The notes: generated by a model from the sequence alone, not told the origin. A stretch of 63,859 nucleotides of DNA, filler included, from Chrysochromulina tobinii (GCA_001275005.1; 9 parts of 9 records of this genome joined end to end with filler, not necessarily neighbours in it); one strand, 5' to 3'. Shown: positions 22,501-33,496, numbered from the whole stretch's first letter. Numbers and translations: made by a program.

Positions 22501-25267
22501 CGCCTGAGTGCGAGAGGAGCAGCACGATCGACTCACGGAACGAGTACGCCTTCGCGTGGAACTGGAAGCCCTCTTGTGGGATCGGAAAGCGTTGCCCGAG
22601 CTGCCCGAGCAGCTTGTTGGCCGAGAGAGTGACGATCTTGAGCCTCGGAAAGACAAGCGCGAGATCGGATGCGAACTGCTCGCCGACCCACAGGCTAGCC
22701 TCGCACCCGGTGATCAGCACGTCCACCGAGCCATCCGCTTCCCCTCGCTCGTAGCGACGCAGCCGCCGGCGCACCCGGCTGGCGAAGGTCCACGCGGTGG
22801 GCACATTGAGCGAGACTTGGTGATCCGCAAAGTCGCGCTGCAGCATGCGCAGCACGCCGGGGATGTCGCGCAGATCGCGCCCAACGGGATCGGGCGCAGC
22901 GAGCGGCGGTAGCGGCAGGATGAGTGAGTTGCCCTCAAGGCGGATGGCGCGCTGGATGAATGGGCGCACACGCTGGCGTGCCTCGGTGTAGTGTACGATG
23001 CCGCACGCGCGTTGCTTGCCGTCGTGGACGTAACGAACGATCCCCTCGACGACCTCCTGCTTCTCCGACATCTGCTTGGTGTAACTGTCCTCGCGGACGG
23101 GCTTGAAACTCGATGTGGATTCCTTGGAGTCATCGCGGGTGAGTCCCCCAGGAGATCCGAGATCATGGGTGTCTTTCCCCTGCGCCGCGGCATGGACGTG
23201 CGCACGCTCGCTTGCGTCGTATGGCACTGTGAGCAGTGGCTTCTCCGTCCCCCATGCGAGCAGGACGACCTCGCCGCCCAGATCGTCGAGATCCAGCCGG
23301 AAGGCGCCCTTGAGCTCGCCAGTACGTCGGTTGAAGGCCTCGCCCGTCTTCGAAGACTCGTCGAGCGCGAGCTCGGAGAGGCCCGCCTTGAGCGCCGCCG
23401 CTTCCGAGCCGAAGAGGACGAGGCCGAGCTGCGGGTAGAAGGCGACCGACATCGTCTGACCACGCGCGGCCACGACGAGCTCACGCTCGGCGTCGAGGGA
23501 ATGCGAGAGCACCAGCCCGAAGGAACCGCTCGCGCGCGCAAGAACCTCGCGCCCGGTGCTGAGCAGGTCGTTCAGGAAGAAGGCGCCGATGGTCGCGCTC
23601 ACGAAGTGGTCGATGCGTTCTTGCATCTTTTCGGGCGAGAGAGGCTGCCCGCCTAAGCTCCGATGCATGCGATCGATGTCGATGAGGCGGCTCAGCTCCG
23701 GGAGCCTCGCGAGGGTCGCCTTGCGCAGCTCCCTCGCGAGACGCGCCTGGTGTAGGGGAGAGGTGGGGGGGGGCAGATCCGCGTCATAGGCGGAGCTGCT
23801 GCGCTTGGAGTCGCCGCGCTTGCTGCTTTGGCCTTGCTTGGAGTCGCCGTCGATGGAGTCGCCTTGCTTGGAGTCACCGCGCACGGAGTCGGCACGCTTG
23901 GAGTCGCCGCGCTTGGAGCCGCCGCCTTCTTCAAGAGAAACTCCGAGGCTCGAGACTCCGAGGGAATCGGCTGTGTTGCGCTTCGTGCCGAAGGGGTTCC
24001 ACCATGAGGAGACATCGATGGGCGGCACCTGCGGTTTGTCGCAGCTGCTGCTCCTCGACGAATCGATGGGCGGCGAGGGCGGCGGCGTAGGGATTCCCTC
24101 ACCATAGACATGATCATAGTCCGCGAGCACGCGTACAAACTCGGCCTCGAAGATGGAGGCGAGCTGCTCGATGACAGCACGTGCGAACCAATCGGGCAGG
24201 CGCGCGAGAGACCCGGAGCCCGCGAGGGCGCCGAAGAGGAGGCCGTAGCGCACGGAGGCCGCCCAGAGGCCGCGCGTGCGCAGCAGGTCGACGAGGCCGG
24301 CGATGCACGCTGAGTCCGCGGTCGTGGGCAGCGGCGCGTCGAGGAGCTTTGGGAGAAGCACTTGCAATTCCTCCAGGGGGTAGTCGACGTCGTCACCCAG
24401 GCGGAAGAAGTCGAGGTCGCCGTTGTGCGTCACGTAGGCCTCAACGGGCGCGAGCACGGACTTGTACCCACCGGCCGCGGACGAGTCCAACCGCCAGTAC
24501 CGGCACCACGCGAGCGGCGACCACTGGTGCGGGTGGCAGCCGTCGATGGTGGCGCGCGAGCTCGTTGCGAAGCGCGTATGGCCTTGGTAGATGGCGGGAG
24601 CTGGCTCGATCGCCGGACTGCGCCACAGGCGGCTGATGCCATGCTCGGGACCCAAGAGCAGGGTGGCCAAGTCGGTGCGCTTGCCGTTCACCACGCGCCG
24701 CCGCTTGCCGATGCGCCTGCCGCGATCTGACCAGTACGTGACCACGCCGGCGCTCTGTGCGCCGCGCATCATCGTGACGGTCATCATCGAACGCAAGATG
24801 GGAAGCACCTTGTGACGGCAGGCGTTGTGCAGCAGGATGAGCCCGAAATTGCCGCAGTGAAAGGCATCGGACGCACCCCCTGCGAACCCGAGCAGATCGG
24901 AGCACACTGCCTCGGCTGCAGTCCATGCCGCACCGAGGGCAGCGCCCAGCAGCGACGATGACGGCTCGACAGCGAGGACGTATACCCGAGCGGCCGCAGC
25001 TGCGAGCACGACGCTCGTCAGCCAGCCCGTCGCGCTGACGATGCGGCCTGCCCATGTGCCGCCAATGCCAGGCACATGGCACCAGCCCCGCTGATTGATT
25101 ACGTCCACCCGCAGCCGGCAGCGGTAGCCGCACAGCGAAGCTGCGCACGCGTGCGATGCCTCGTGAAGCACGAGCGCAATGGCGCGGCCAGCAATGAGGC
25201 TGGCCAAGAGCAAAACTGCCTCGGGCAGAGGCGCACAACCAAGGGCAAAAAAGAGCGACCCGGACAT
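19511..25267 (-). CDS. Large membrane protein: HExxH TM domain + class-II glutamine amidotransferase (Ntn) + SIS domain + TM helices (GlmS-like)
   Basis: LHEASH at 25151-25168, CGNFG (Cys 24854-24856), RGAQSAG, GHTRFAT, HNGD, SHSGGT; uninterrupted ORF. Confidence 0.8.
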   Translation of the reverse strand: MSGSLFFALGCAPLPEAVLLLASLIAGRAIALVLHEASHACAASLCGYRCRLRVDVINQRGWCHVPGIGGTWAGRIVSATGWLTSVVLAAAAARVYVLAVEPSSSLLGAALGAAWTAAEAVCSDLLGFAGGASDAFHCGNFGLILLHNACRHKVLPILRSMMTVTMMRGAQSAGVVTYWSDRGRRIGKRRRVVNGKRTDLATLLLGPEHGISRLWRSPAIEPAPAIYQGHTRFATSSRATIDGCHPHQWSPLAWCRYWRLDSSAAGGYKSVLAPVEAYVTHNGDLDFFRLGDDVDYPLEELQVLLPKLLDAPLPTTADSACIAGLVDLLRTRGLWAASVRYGLLFGALAGSGSLARLPDWFARAVIEQLASIFEAEFVRVLADYDHVYGEGIPTPPPSPPIDSSRSSSCDKPQVPPIDVSSWWNPFGTKRNTADSLGVSSLGVSLEEGGGSKRGDSKRADSVRGDSKQGDSIDGDSKQGQSSKRGDSKRSSSAYDADLPPPTSPLHQARLARELRKATLARLPELSRLIDIDRMHRSLGGQPLSPEKMQERIDHFVSATIGAFFLNDLLSTGREVLARASGSFGLVLSHSLDAERELVVAARGQTMSVAFYPQLGLVLFGSEAAALKAGLSELALDESSKTGEAFNRRTGELKGAFRLDLDDLGGEVVLLAWGTEKPLLTVPYDASERAHVHAAAQGKDTHDLGSPGGLTRDDSKESTSSFKPVREDSYTKQMSEKQEVVEGIVRYVHDGKQRACGIVHYTEARQRVRPFIQRAIRLEGNSLILPLPPLAAPDPVGRDLRDIPGVLRMLQRDFADHQVSLNVPTAWTFASRVRRRLRRYERGEADGSVDVLITGCEASLWVGEQFASDLALVFPRLKIVTLSANKLLGQLGQRFPIPQEGFQFHAKAYSFRESIVLLLSHSGGTFPVLSVCHLLKNVTTEMFIVGSEWDTQIGRAVREANARKNPVGGGGKAGFSSYTFSTFAGVRTSEACSISVVAMHSLLSHVLLFTMNYLVDTTHASHVREEVQELHGFLPDHLRAIELIVGVKAYDVDTYGNPIDRLDRSDESAASSGSCLRRWACCCFPTGKQLSEWIDSLIQLIAGVLLELGYIEFSLKLFARLEKRRTARMIKVGNEVEAVVTDANQMLRAQGLRWAQHILESASCWIFSAIYIAATVIIGATPLSAAFAYGLANIPSAMHADQIGRMQWQYIIGVLDSIIYIFLPIWTAWCLRLIQGRPLMHRVAGRTLLIGDVPWVAQCTEAFLSKLFALSYSIADLQVWSANPQDHLVHRFTHRVRRGSLLAIGRPDARLNGLTSADSMIHLAINQACAIENLGANCECFTLGHHAHKIDLTNACLVLPTVRPKFLCELLLDAASKDRSAHGGSNGVSPNGVRRGAWPGEDVANQRRHGNFGGAIHSKSPQAARSKGKLNLPSIHKTAALEAAWDKPIDSAESFVKQNLNPNYLAEPVSIRSMIARRTGKGLSILMGTISPSDGTSQTPEDTQRSQGSASAGSTQRSQGAPWTCSTCSPASTSESPSASPSGLRGPSTSPSGMRGPSTSPSGMRGPSTVTDDSDEASYRNGPSGGSKSFKQRRAALLKAVVSAAKQPMRAQPLDTLDTVGEQVGGSTALMGKMSQLQTKSHASTRQMLDDIADSDTLDYSAPAVRALMSIHAIEQPYVGAWMRKPHRRAEYPSVGDMMDRQRNVQVLYETRLASLQRFVGFLVLFHTMAKKVQDFWSFVSFGLLSYDMSRSQSMLRVATTASPVSGSDVREQILALEQLETHAWASQRIRTNLYKHAMRNRMLKSMLNKVPNTGNLSNNRQNGQETPHKIGLSSSSKSTSFEPSAPVKKTTPQAPATQCLLPMCSSSSSTFGKVVATKPPLPSESSGEIRELRPRLSESERRELWLRLSSGEIREFST

Positions 25268-25721
25268 GTTAATGCGTATGATTCGTGATCTCCGAATCTT
25301 GACCCAAAATAGCCACGTCAGTTGGAGTTTCTCATGTTCCAAATCGGTCTGCAAAGGCTCCACAGCGCTGAGACGGCTCTGCGGAATTGAATCCCCGGGA
25401 ATATGAACTTCTAAGACGGGTCTTGAGAGTTTTTCAAATTAGGCTCATATTTAATTTACTATCGCGGCGGCCACCTCGACCCCCCCCCACCCCCACCCCT
25501 TCTCGCTTTTCTCGTCGTGATTTTTTCCCACGTGTGTCTCTCCGCGTACTCGTACTCGATACTCGTACTCTGTACTCCGCGCCGTACTCGGTACACGATG
25601 CCCAACCAGCCGCCGGCTGACNNNNNNNNNNNNNNNNNNNNNNNNNNNNNNNNNNNNNNNNNNNNTTAATTAATTAANNNNNNNNNNNNNNNNNNNNNNN
25701 NNNNNNNNNNNNNNNNNNNNN

Positions 25722-27731
25722 GGCGCGGCGTTTGGCGACGCGTTCGTCAAGGCGGCGCAGCTGCCGGTAGCCGAGGGGGCGGCCGTGCCAGACAAGGAGG
25801 CGTGGCGGCTGCGCGTGCTCGCCACGCTCGTGCGCAAGGGGCTGCCTGCCGCGTGGCTGCCCACGGCGCTCGAGGCGGCCAAGGGCGTGGCGCGCGAGGC
25901 GGCGCACGAGGCGGGGAAGCTGGCTGCTGCCGACGCGCTCGTCGTGGGCAAGCGCGTGCTCGCCCTCGACGTGATCTGGAAGCAGGCCGTGGTCGCACGC
26001 GTGGAGGGCGACGCGGTGGACGTCAAGGTCCAGGGGTGGGACGAGAAGAAGGGCCTGCCGCGCACCAAGGCGCTCGTCGTCGCCTCCGACGGCGCGGGCG
26101 CGCTCCTCCGTCTCGCCGCAGGGGCGGGCGACGCGGCGCTCGTCGAGGCGCTGCTCGACGCGGGCGTCAACCCGCTCGTCGCCGACGAGCGCGCCAACAC
26201 GCCGCTGCACCGCGCCGCCGCCAGCGGGCACGTGGCCATCTGCCGTGCGCTCGTCGCGAAGGGCGCCGACAAGGAGGAGGAAAACACGCAGAACCAGTCC
26301 GTAGCCGGCGCAGCACAGAACGCCAAGCAGCACGCCGTCGTTCGCCTCTTTGAGCCGACGCTCTCGGACCGCGAGTTCACCGACGAGGCGTGCACGTGCA
26401 CGGAGCGGCTGCGCGCCGCCGCGACGGGGGACCTAGCGACCCTCGCACGCACGCAGGACGCGGGGAGGATCACGGCGCTCATGGTCGCGTCCCGCCGCAA
26501 GCAACTCGCGGCCGTCGTCAAGCTGCTGGCATCCTCAAACGCCTCCACGCTCAATGCGCAGAGCGCCGAGGGCTGCACCGCGCTCTACCTCGCCGCGGAG
26601 GAGGGCGCCGAGCCGATCGTGCAGCAGCTCCTCACTCAAGGGGCGGATGCGGCGCTCGCCGCTTCCGACGGTGGCACTCCACTCATGCGGGCGAGCCATT
26701 TTGGACACCAGCGCTGCCTTCACGTCCTGCTCGAGGCAAAGGCCGACCCAAATATGGCAACGCCCGACGGCGTGACCGCCTTGATGTGCGCTGCCCAAAC
26801 TGGCCACGAGCAGGTCGCTCTCGTCCTGCTCGAGGCGAAGGCGGACCCAAATAAGGCAACGCCCGACGGCGTGACCGCCTTGATCCTCGCTGCCCAAACT
26901 GGCCACGAGCAGGTTGCTCTCGTCCTGCTCGAGGCGAAGGCAGACCCAAATAAGGCAATGTCCGACGGCGTGACCGCCTTGATGTGGGCTGCCCAAAATG
27001 GCCACGAGCAGGTTGCTCTCGTCCTGCTCGAGGCGAAGGCGGACCCAAATAAGGCAACGCCCGACGGCGTGACCGCCTTGATATGGGCTGCCCAAAATGG
27101 CCACGACCATGTTGCTTTCGTCCTGCTCGAGGCGAAGGCGGACCCAAATAAGGCAACGCCCGACGGCGTGACCGCCTTGATCCTCGCTGCCCAAACTGGC
27201 CACGAGCAGGTCGCTCTCGTCCTGCTCGAGGCGAAGGCGGACCCAAATAAGACAATGTCCGACGGCGTGACCGCCTTGATGTGGGCTGCCCAAAATGGCC
27301 ACGACCATGTTGCTTTCGTCCTGCTCGAGGCGAAGGCGGACCCAAATAAGGCAATGTCCGACGGCGTGACCGCCTTGATATGGGCTGCCCAAAATGGCCA
27401 CGAGCAGGTTGCTCTTGTCCTGCTCGAGGCGAAGGCGGACCCAAACAAGGCAACGCCCGACGGCGTGACCGCCTTGATATGGGCTGCCCAAACTGGCCAC
27501 GAGCAGGTCGCTCTCGTCCTGCTCGAGGCGAAGGCGGACCCAAATAAGGCAATGTCCGACGGCGAGACCGCCTTGATGAAGGCTGCCCAAACTGGCCACG
27601 AGCAGGTCGCTCTCGTCCTGCTCGAGGCAGGAGCTGACCGGAACAAGGAGCTTTCTGGTCACAGCGGCTGGAATGCTCTGAAACTTGCGGAGATGGGTGG
27701 ACATTCTGCTGTCTGTGATTTACTGAGGTAA
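25722..27731 (+). CDS. Ankyrin-repeat protein, 5' truncated by contig edge
   Basis: TPLHRAA, TALYLAA, and nine near-identical 99-nt ankyrin units at 26733-27623. Confidence 0.9.
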   Translation, partial: GAAFGDAFVKAAQLPVAEGAAVPDKEAWRLRVLATLVRKGLPAAWLPTALEAAKGVAREAAHEAGKLAAADALVVGKRVLALDVIWKQAVVARVEGDAVDVKVQGWDEKKGLPRTKALVVASDGAGALLRLAAGAGDAALVEALLDAGVNPLVADERANTPLHRAAASGHVAICRALVAKGADKEEENTQNQSVAGAAQNAKQHAVVRLFEPTLSDREFTDEACTCTERLRAAATGDLATLARTQDAGRITALMVASRRKQLAAVVKLLASSNASTLNAQSAEGCTALYLAAEEGAEPIVQQLLTQGADAALAASDGGTPLMRASHFGHQRCLHVLLEAKADPNMATPDGVTALMCAAQTGHEQVALVLLEAKADPNKATPDGVTALILAAQTGHEQVALVLLEAKADPNKAMSDGVTALMWAAQNGHEQVALVLLEAKADPNKATPDGVTALIWAAQNGHDHVAFVLLEAKADPNKATPDGVTALILAAQTGHEQVALVLLEAKADPNKTMSDGVTALMWAAQNGHDHVAFVLLEAKADPNKAMSDGVTALIWAAQNGHEQVALVLLEAKADPNKATPDGVTALIWAAQTGHEQVALVLLEAKADPNKAMSDGETALMKAAQTGHEQVALVLLEAGADRNKELSGHSGWNALKLAEMGGHSAVCDLLR

Positions 27732-28322
27732 CACTGTAGTGTAGTGACAATTGTAGTGACTCGGACGCGGACTGACGTAGGTGGTGAGCAATGTAATTCG
27801 ACAATGTAATCCGCTCTATACTTGCAAACACGTCCCGATTTTTCCCCTACCGAGGTGGCGATTCGGCATGCGAAGGATTCGGTGATTCACCCAGTCAGAC
27901 GCACCGACCACCGTCGTGTGGGTGTACCGGATCGTGCGCTGCGAGCTTGCCCGTGCGCCGCGTGGCGCGACTGTGACTGACTCGTTTCAGCTTCCACCCA
28001 AAGGGGTTTAGGGGGAGGTTTTCTTTCTGGCTCACATTGCATGGTCTTCTCTGTGCTGCGCATCTCTGTGAATAGGGATGTTGAGGTTATCAAACAGCCC
28101 CACACGGGAGCCGGCCATGGGCCGGGCTCCGGAGCACGATCAGAGTGCGCGCTCAGCTCACTCTTGACACGACACGAGGGCGATCGTGACAAACCTTAAG
28201 AGCGACGGACGGACTGGTTTCNNNNNNNNNNNNNNNNNNNNNNNNNNNNNNNNNNNNNNNNNNNNTTAATTAATTAANNNNNNNNNNNNNNNNNNNNNNN
28301 NNNNNNNNNNNNNNNNNNNNNA

Positions 28323-28499
28323 CCCGACGCCCTCAATGGCGCCTTCCGCACGCTCAGCAACGGCAAGGACGTGCTGCCCGCCGAGGAGCTCGACAAGTAC
28401 TTCAACCCAGCCCATGCGGCGTTCCTGCGGGAGAGCCTCGCCGAGGTTGAGGGCAGCTTCGACTACTCAGCCTTCTATCGCAAGGTGTACAACAAATGA
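28323..28499 (+). CDS. C-terminal EF-hand of an alpha-actinin/spectrin-family protein (3' fragment, absent from the ORF track)
   Basis: Translates to PDALNGAFRTLSNGKDVLPAEELDKYFNPAHAAFLRESLAEVEGSFDYSAFYRKVYNK*, resembling the alpha-actinin tail F+xL...EEL...DY.AF...Y. Confidence 0.7.
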   Translation, partial: PDALNGAFRTLSNGKDVLPAEELDKYFNPAHAAFLRESLAEVEGSFDYSAFYRKVYNK

Positions 28500-29298
28500 A
28501 CGCATGCAGCATGCTGCTCACGCATGCTGCTCACCCATGCTCTCTCTCTCGCGCGCGCGCCGCGCGCCGTCCTCGTGCGCGAGAGAGCATGGCGGCACAC
28601 GAGGAACCGTTCCGTTCGACCTCAGCGGGACAGCGGGAAACCACGGTTCCGATCTCTCTAGTGAGATATCGAAGCGTGGCTCTCTCGTTTTCTCTGAGGC
28701 CTTGGGCTCTCGATCGCCAGCTTTTCACGACACTACCCTGACAGGTCCATGTGGCCAAAATGTGTGTACTTCGTGGCCAAAATGTGTGTACTTCGTCAAG
28801 TATCGCCAAGGTGAGGGTCAGGAGAGTCTAGATTAGGGTTTTCTATATATGGTTCTCTAGATTAGGTGGGCAAGACTCACGAGCGGAGAGTGAGAGACGA
28901 GAGAGTCCACTCAGCACTCTCCACACAGTAGCCCATGGCTCTGCGGGGTATGATATTGTCGATTTTCGTGTCCAAGGGTGACCCGTGCCTACGTCGACAA
29001 CCGTACCGTACTGTGTCGTGTCGAGTCTGTGAGCTGCGCTGTGACCTGATGCTCGGCTGAGAGCCATTGCTGTGAGCTGTGAGCTATCCGACGATTCATC
29101 CTGTATCCTAAAAAACACGCCGTGTGCGTGCGTCTCTTTGCGAGGTAAAATGTTTGTATGTTATAACGCGGGGGGACCGCGACGAAACTGACTGACGGAC
29201 TGATGTTTGTATGTATGACGAAACCAACCGCTCCGCGTCGGCTCTGAAATCGACTGACCTTTTCGTTGTTTCGGAGAGCCTTTTGTTAATTTTTGGCC

Positions 29299-31370
29299 AT
29301 GGGCTGTGCCCCCACCAAGCAGCAGCCTGAGTCGCCGGATCCGTACGCCGAGCCGGATGCCGAGCCGGATGCCAAGCCGTCTGCAGACGATGCCCTCGAG
29401 ACACAATTGATGGGGAGCGTCGGCTCTGGCAAGGAAGACACCTTGATGGACAAGCAGACTTTCAATGACGTGGTCGTCGAGCTTGGGCTTCAAGGAATTG
29501 CGGCGGACATGAGTGAGGACGATCACAAAGAGCTCGAAGATTACATCAAGAGCCTAAAGGAACGCCAGACCTCGGTGACAGGCTTCAACCTTTGTCCGCA
29601 CCACGATGAAATTTTGCGAGGCCAGCCACGACCTGAGGAGAAGCCCGCCAAAGCAGCGAGCCGATCCCATATGCATCGCGAGCTGCTGCGCAAGCCGTCA
29701 ATAAAGCAGTCGGTTTTGGATGAGATGGACAACGCGACGGCGCGGATGCAGCCGAGCGCCCGCGAGACCAAGGACATGCTCTTCGCGCTTCACGCCTACA
29801 CGCGGGACGAGATCTACCGCGAGTTCAACCGCGACCACCGCGAGCTTCGGCCTGAGCCTTGGGCTGCTGTCTCGAACACGATGCGCTGCGCCGTGGAAAA
29901 TGCACGCTCGCCAGATGCCGGCGCGACTCTCTACCGCGGCGACACTCGCAACTTGTACACCCTCCGGAAGGGTCAGCTGGACTGCTTTTCTCAGTACACG
30001 AGCGCGAGCCTCAATCGAAGAGTCGCGAAAAGCTTCTCGGGGGACAAGTGGATCTTTGAGATCACGGGTGTCCCGCATACCCACTGCGCAATCATCAAGC
30101 ACGCGTCCAAATACCCGAATGAGGACGAGGTTCTAATTGCGCCCGGGTCCACCTTTTGCGTGGAGAGTGTCGACGAGTCAACCACTCCGAAGGTCGTGCG
30201 TTTGCGCTTTGGCGAGGATGGCAAGCAGGCCGACTGCGAGTGGTGCCTACTGGAGCGCGAATTCAGCACCTCGCGCCTGGTCACTGGTTCGTCAACGATC
30301 ACCGCGTTTGGTGTCGCGCTTGCTGGGAGGGCTCCAGGCAGGCCCCGCGCCGACGGCGACAGGCCCTTAATCGATGGACCATGTTTCAAATGCTTCGATA
30401 AGAACAGCCAGCTGGTCGATGGTACGGGAATGAAGCGACCACTCCTGGTTTCGGCTGCGGGTCGTGGCGCGGCAGGGGTAGCCATGGTAGACTTGCTGCT
30501 CGATCGGTTCGGGCTGGACGTAGATGTGGAGCGGCGCTTCACAGCATCCGACCACGCGGCACAGGCCCTGGAAGCTGCTCTGCGCTCCCCAAGCGGGACT
30601 CCGGGCCGTGCCGACTGCGTCGCCGCGATCATCGGCAACTGCGTACTGCGTCGACCTTCGCCATCCTCAACCTTCGAAGCCATCGTGTCACCGCTGCAGC
30701 TCGGCACCTTGCTGCGAGAGCCAGAACTCGAACGCATCGCTGAGCTAGGACAGAACTACCTCAGCCTTCCCTTGAGCAAGCCACGCGTGGTGTCCCTGTC
30801 AGCGGAGCAGCTCGTGCTCGCCATCCCATGGGCTGATGCAAAGGGCGAGACGCACGAGGCTGTGCCGTCGTGGCTGAAGGACGGGGCGTTGTGGTCAGAC
30901 GCAATTCGTTTTGAAGTCGACGCGTTCTCTGTGGAGTCCGGCGCGCCAGAAGTGGCCGGAAGCCAGGAGATCGATGCCCCATACCACTCGTGGCCCGGGG
31001 GCGCTTATGACATCAGCACAGAGCCATTGCCAGCAGGAGGAGTCCTGCTCAAGATGCCCAACAATCTGGCGCCGCTTGCGTCGAAGCTCTGCGTTGTGCG
31101 CGTTCGTATTGCCGAGGGTCAGTTCATCGCCGGTTCGGCGGCAAAGAGCTACTCGTGCAATCGGCAGTCACTGTGGTCGCTGCGCAGCAATGCGACCGAC
31201 TGGGAGGCTGCAGAGGCGGCTCGAAAGGAGGCAGAGGCCGCCGAGGTCGCAGCCAATGCGGCCAAGGCGGATGCGGACGCAAAGGCGGCAGAAGCGACTC
31301 TGTGGTTTCTGCGCAGCCATGCTAACGCAAAGGCGGCAGCGGAGGCGAAGGCGGCGGCTGAAGGGAAGGC
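29299..31370 (+). CDS. N-myristoylated R-S-E type (ARTC-like) ADP-ribosyltransferase domain protein; 3' truncated
   Basis: MGCAP N-terminus; ALHAYT...LYRG...YTSAS...SKYPNEDEVL motifs. Confidence 0.8.
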
Positions 31371-31470
31371 NNNNNNNNNNNNNNNNNNNNNNNNNNNNNN
31401 NNNNNNNNNNNNNNTTAATTAATTAANNNNNNNNNNNNNNNNNNNNNNNNNNNNNNNNNNNNNNNNNNNN

Positions 31471-33496
31471 CCATCATCGCTGCAGAGTGCTCAGCACGCT
31501 CTGCGGGCTCAGCAAGCTCAGCAAGCTCAGCAAGCTCAGCAAGCTCAGCAAGCTCAGCAAGCTCAGCAAGCTCAGCAAGCTCAGCGTGCTCAGCGTGCTC
31601 AGCAGGTTCAGCATGTTAATTTTGCTCAGCATCCTCATCATGCCCAGCGAGCTCACTGAGCACGATGAGATCATGCTGAGCACGATGAGATCATGCTGAG
31701 CACAATAAGCATGCTGAGCATGCTGAGCACGCTAAGCTTGCTGAGCACGCTGAGCACGCTGAGCACGCTGCGGCGATGTTGGCGATGATGAGCCCACTGA
31801 GCACAATGAGGATGCGCGCTGACGGCTGAGCCCGCTGAGCATGATGAGGATGCTGAGCACGATGAGAATGCTCAGCCTGCTGAGCACGCTGAGCTTGCTG
31901 AGCTTGATGAGCGGGCAGTGCTTGATGAGCTTGCTGATCCTGAGCATGCTGCAGCGATGTTGGCGATGCACGATGAGCATGCTGAGCACACTGAGCGCGA
32001 TGTCGATGAGCTTGCTGAGCACACTGAGCACGATGAGGATGCTGAGCACGATGAGCATACGATGAGCATGCTGAGCACAGTGAGCATGCTGAGCCGGCTG
32101 AGCATGCTGAGCTTGCTGAGCATGCTGAGCTTGCTGAGCCTGCAGAGCACGCTGAGCACAATGCGGCGATGTTGCCGATAATGAGCATGCTGAGCCCGCT
32201 GAGCACCATGAGGATGCTGAGCCCGCTGGGCATGATGAGGATGCTGAGCAAATTTAACATGCTGAACCTGCTAAGCACGCTGAGCTTGCTGAGCTTGCTG
32301 AGCTTGCTGAGCTTGCTGAGCTTGCTGAGCCCGCAGAGCGTGCTGAGCACTCTGCAGCGATGATGGCGATCTTGCACAATGAGCTTGCTGAGCATGCTGA
32401 GCACAATGAGCTTGCTGAGCATGATGAGCTTGCTGAACACGCTGAGCACAATGAGCTCGCTGAGCACAATGAGCCTGCTGAGCCTGCTGAGCCTGCAGAG
32501 CACGCTGAGCTTGCCGAGCCTGCAGAGCACGCTGAGCTTGCCGAGCCTGCAGAGCACGCTGAGCATGCTGCGATGCACGATGAGCATGCTGAGCACGCCG
32601 AGCAGGCTGAGCATGCAGAGCAAGATGAGGATGATGAGCACAATGAGCACAATGAGCTTGCTGAGCTTGCTGAGCTTGCTGTGCTTCCTGAGCCTGCTGA
32701 GCACGCTGCAGCGATGTTGGCGATGCCCTATGAGCACTCTGCGCGCACAATGAGCACGATGAGCTTGCTGAGCCTGCTGAGCATGATGTGGATGCTGAGC
32801 ACAATGAACACAATGAGGATGCTGAACCCGCTGAGCATTAGCTGAGCATGTTGAGCCTGCTGAGCTTGCTGAGCACGCTGAGTAAGCTGGGCCTGCAGTG
32901 CACGCTGAGCACGCTGCGGCGATGTTGGCTGATGATGAGCCGGCTGAGCACGATGAGGATGCTGAGCCCGCTGAGCACAATGAGGATGCTGAGCCTGCTG
33001 AGCTTGCTGAGCCTGCTGAGCTTGCTGAGCTTGCTGAGCTTGCTGAGCTTGCTGAGCTTGCTGAGCCTGCTGAGCACGCTGAGCACGATGCTGCATTGTT
33101 GCCGATGATGAGCATGCTGAGCACGATGAGCACGATGAGGATGCTGAGCCCGCTGGGCATGATGAGGATGCTGAGCAAAATTAACATGCTGAACCTGCTG
33201 AGCTTGCTGAGCTTGCTGAGCTTACTGAGCTTGCTGAGCTTGCTGAGCTTGCTGAGCCCGCAGAGCGTGCTGAGCACTCTGCAGCGATGATGGCGATCTT
33301 GCACAATGAGCACGCTGAGCATGCTGAGCACAATGAGCTTGCTGAGCATGATGCTGAGTACAATGAACACAATGAGGATGCTGAACCCGCTGAGCATGTT
33401 GAGCCTGCTGAGCTCGCTGAGCACGATGAGCATGCTGAGCCTGTTGAGCCTGCAGAGCACGCTGAGCTTGCCGAGCCTGCAGAGCACGCTGAGCTT
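31471..33496. repeat. 9-bp-based (GCTGAGCnn) satellite with higher-order blocks and one inverted block
   Basis: The whole contig is GCTGAGC variants. Blocks at ~32171 and ~33098 recur; 31471-31650 is the reverse complement of ~33151-33293. Confidence 0.9.

Noticed and set aside
31691..33487. 598-aa Leu/Ser ORF and other ORFs in the satellite
   Set aside because: They are a by-product of 9-bp periodic low-complexity DNA.
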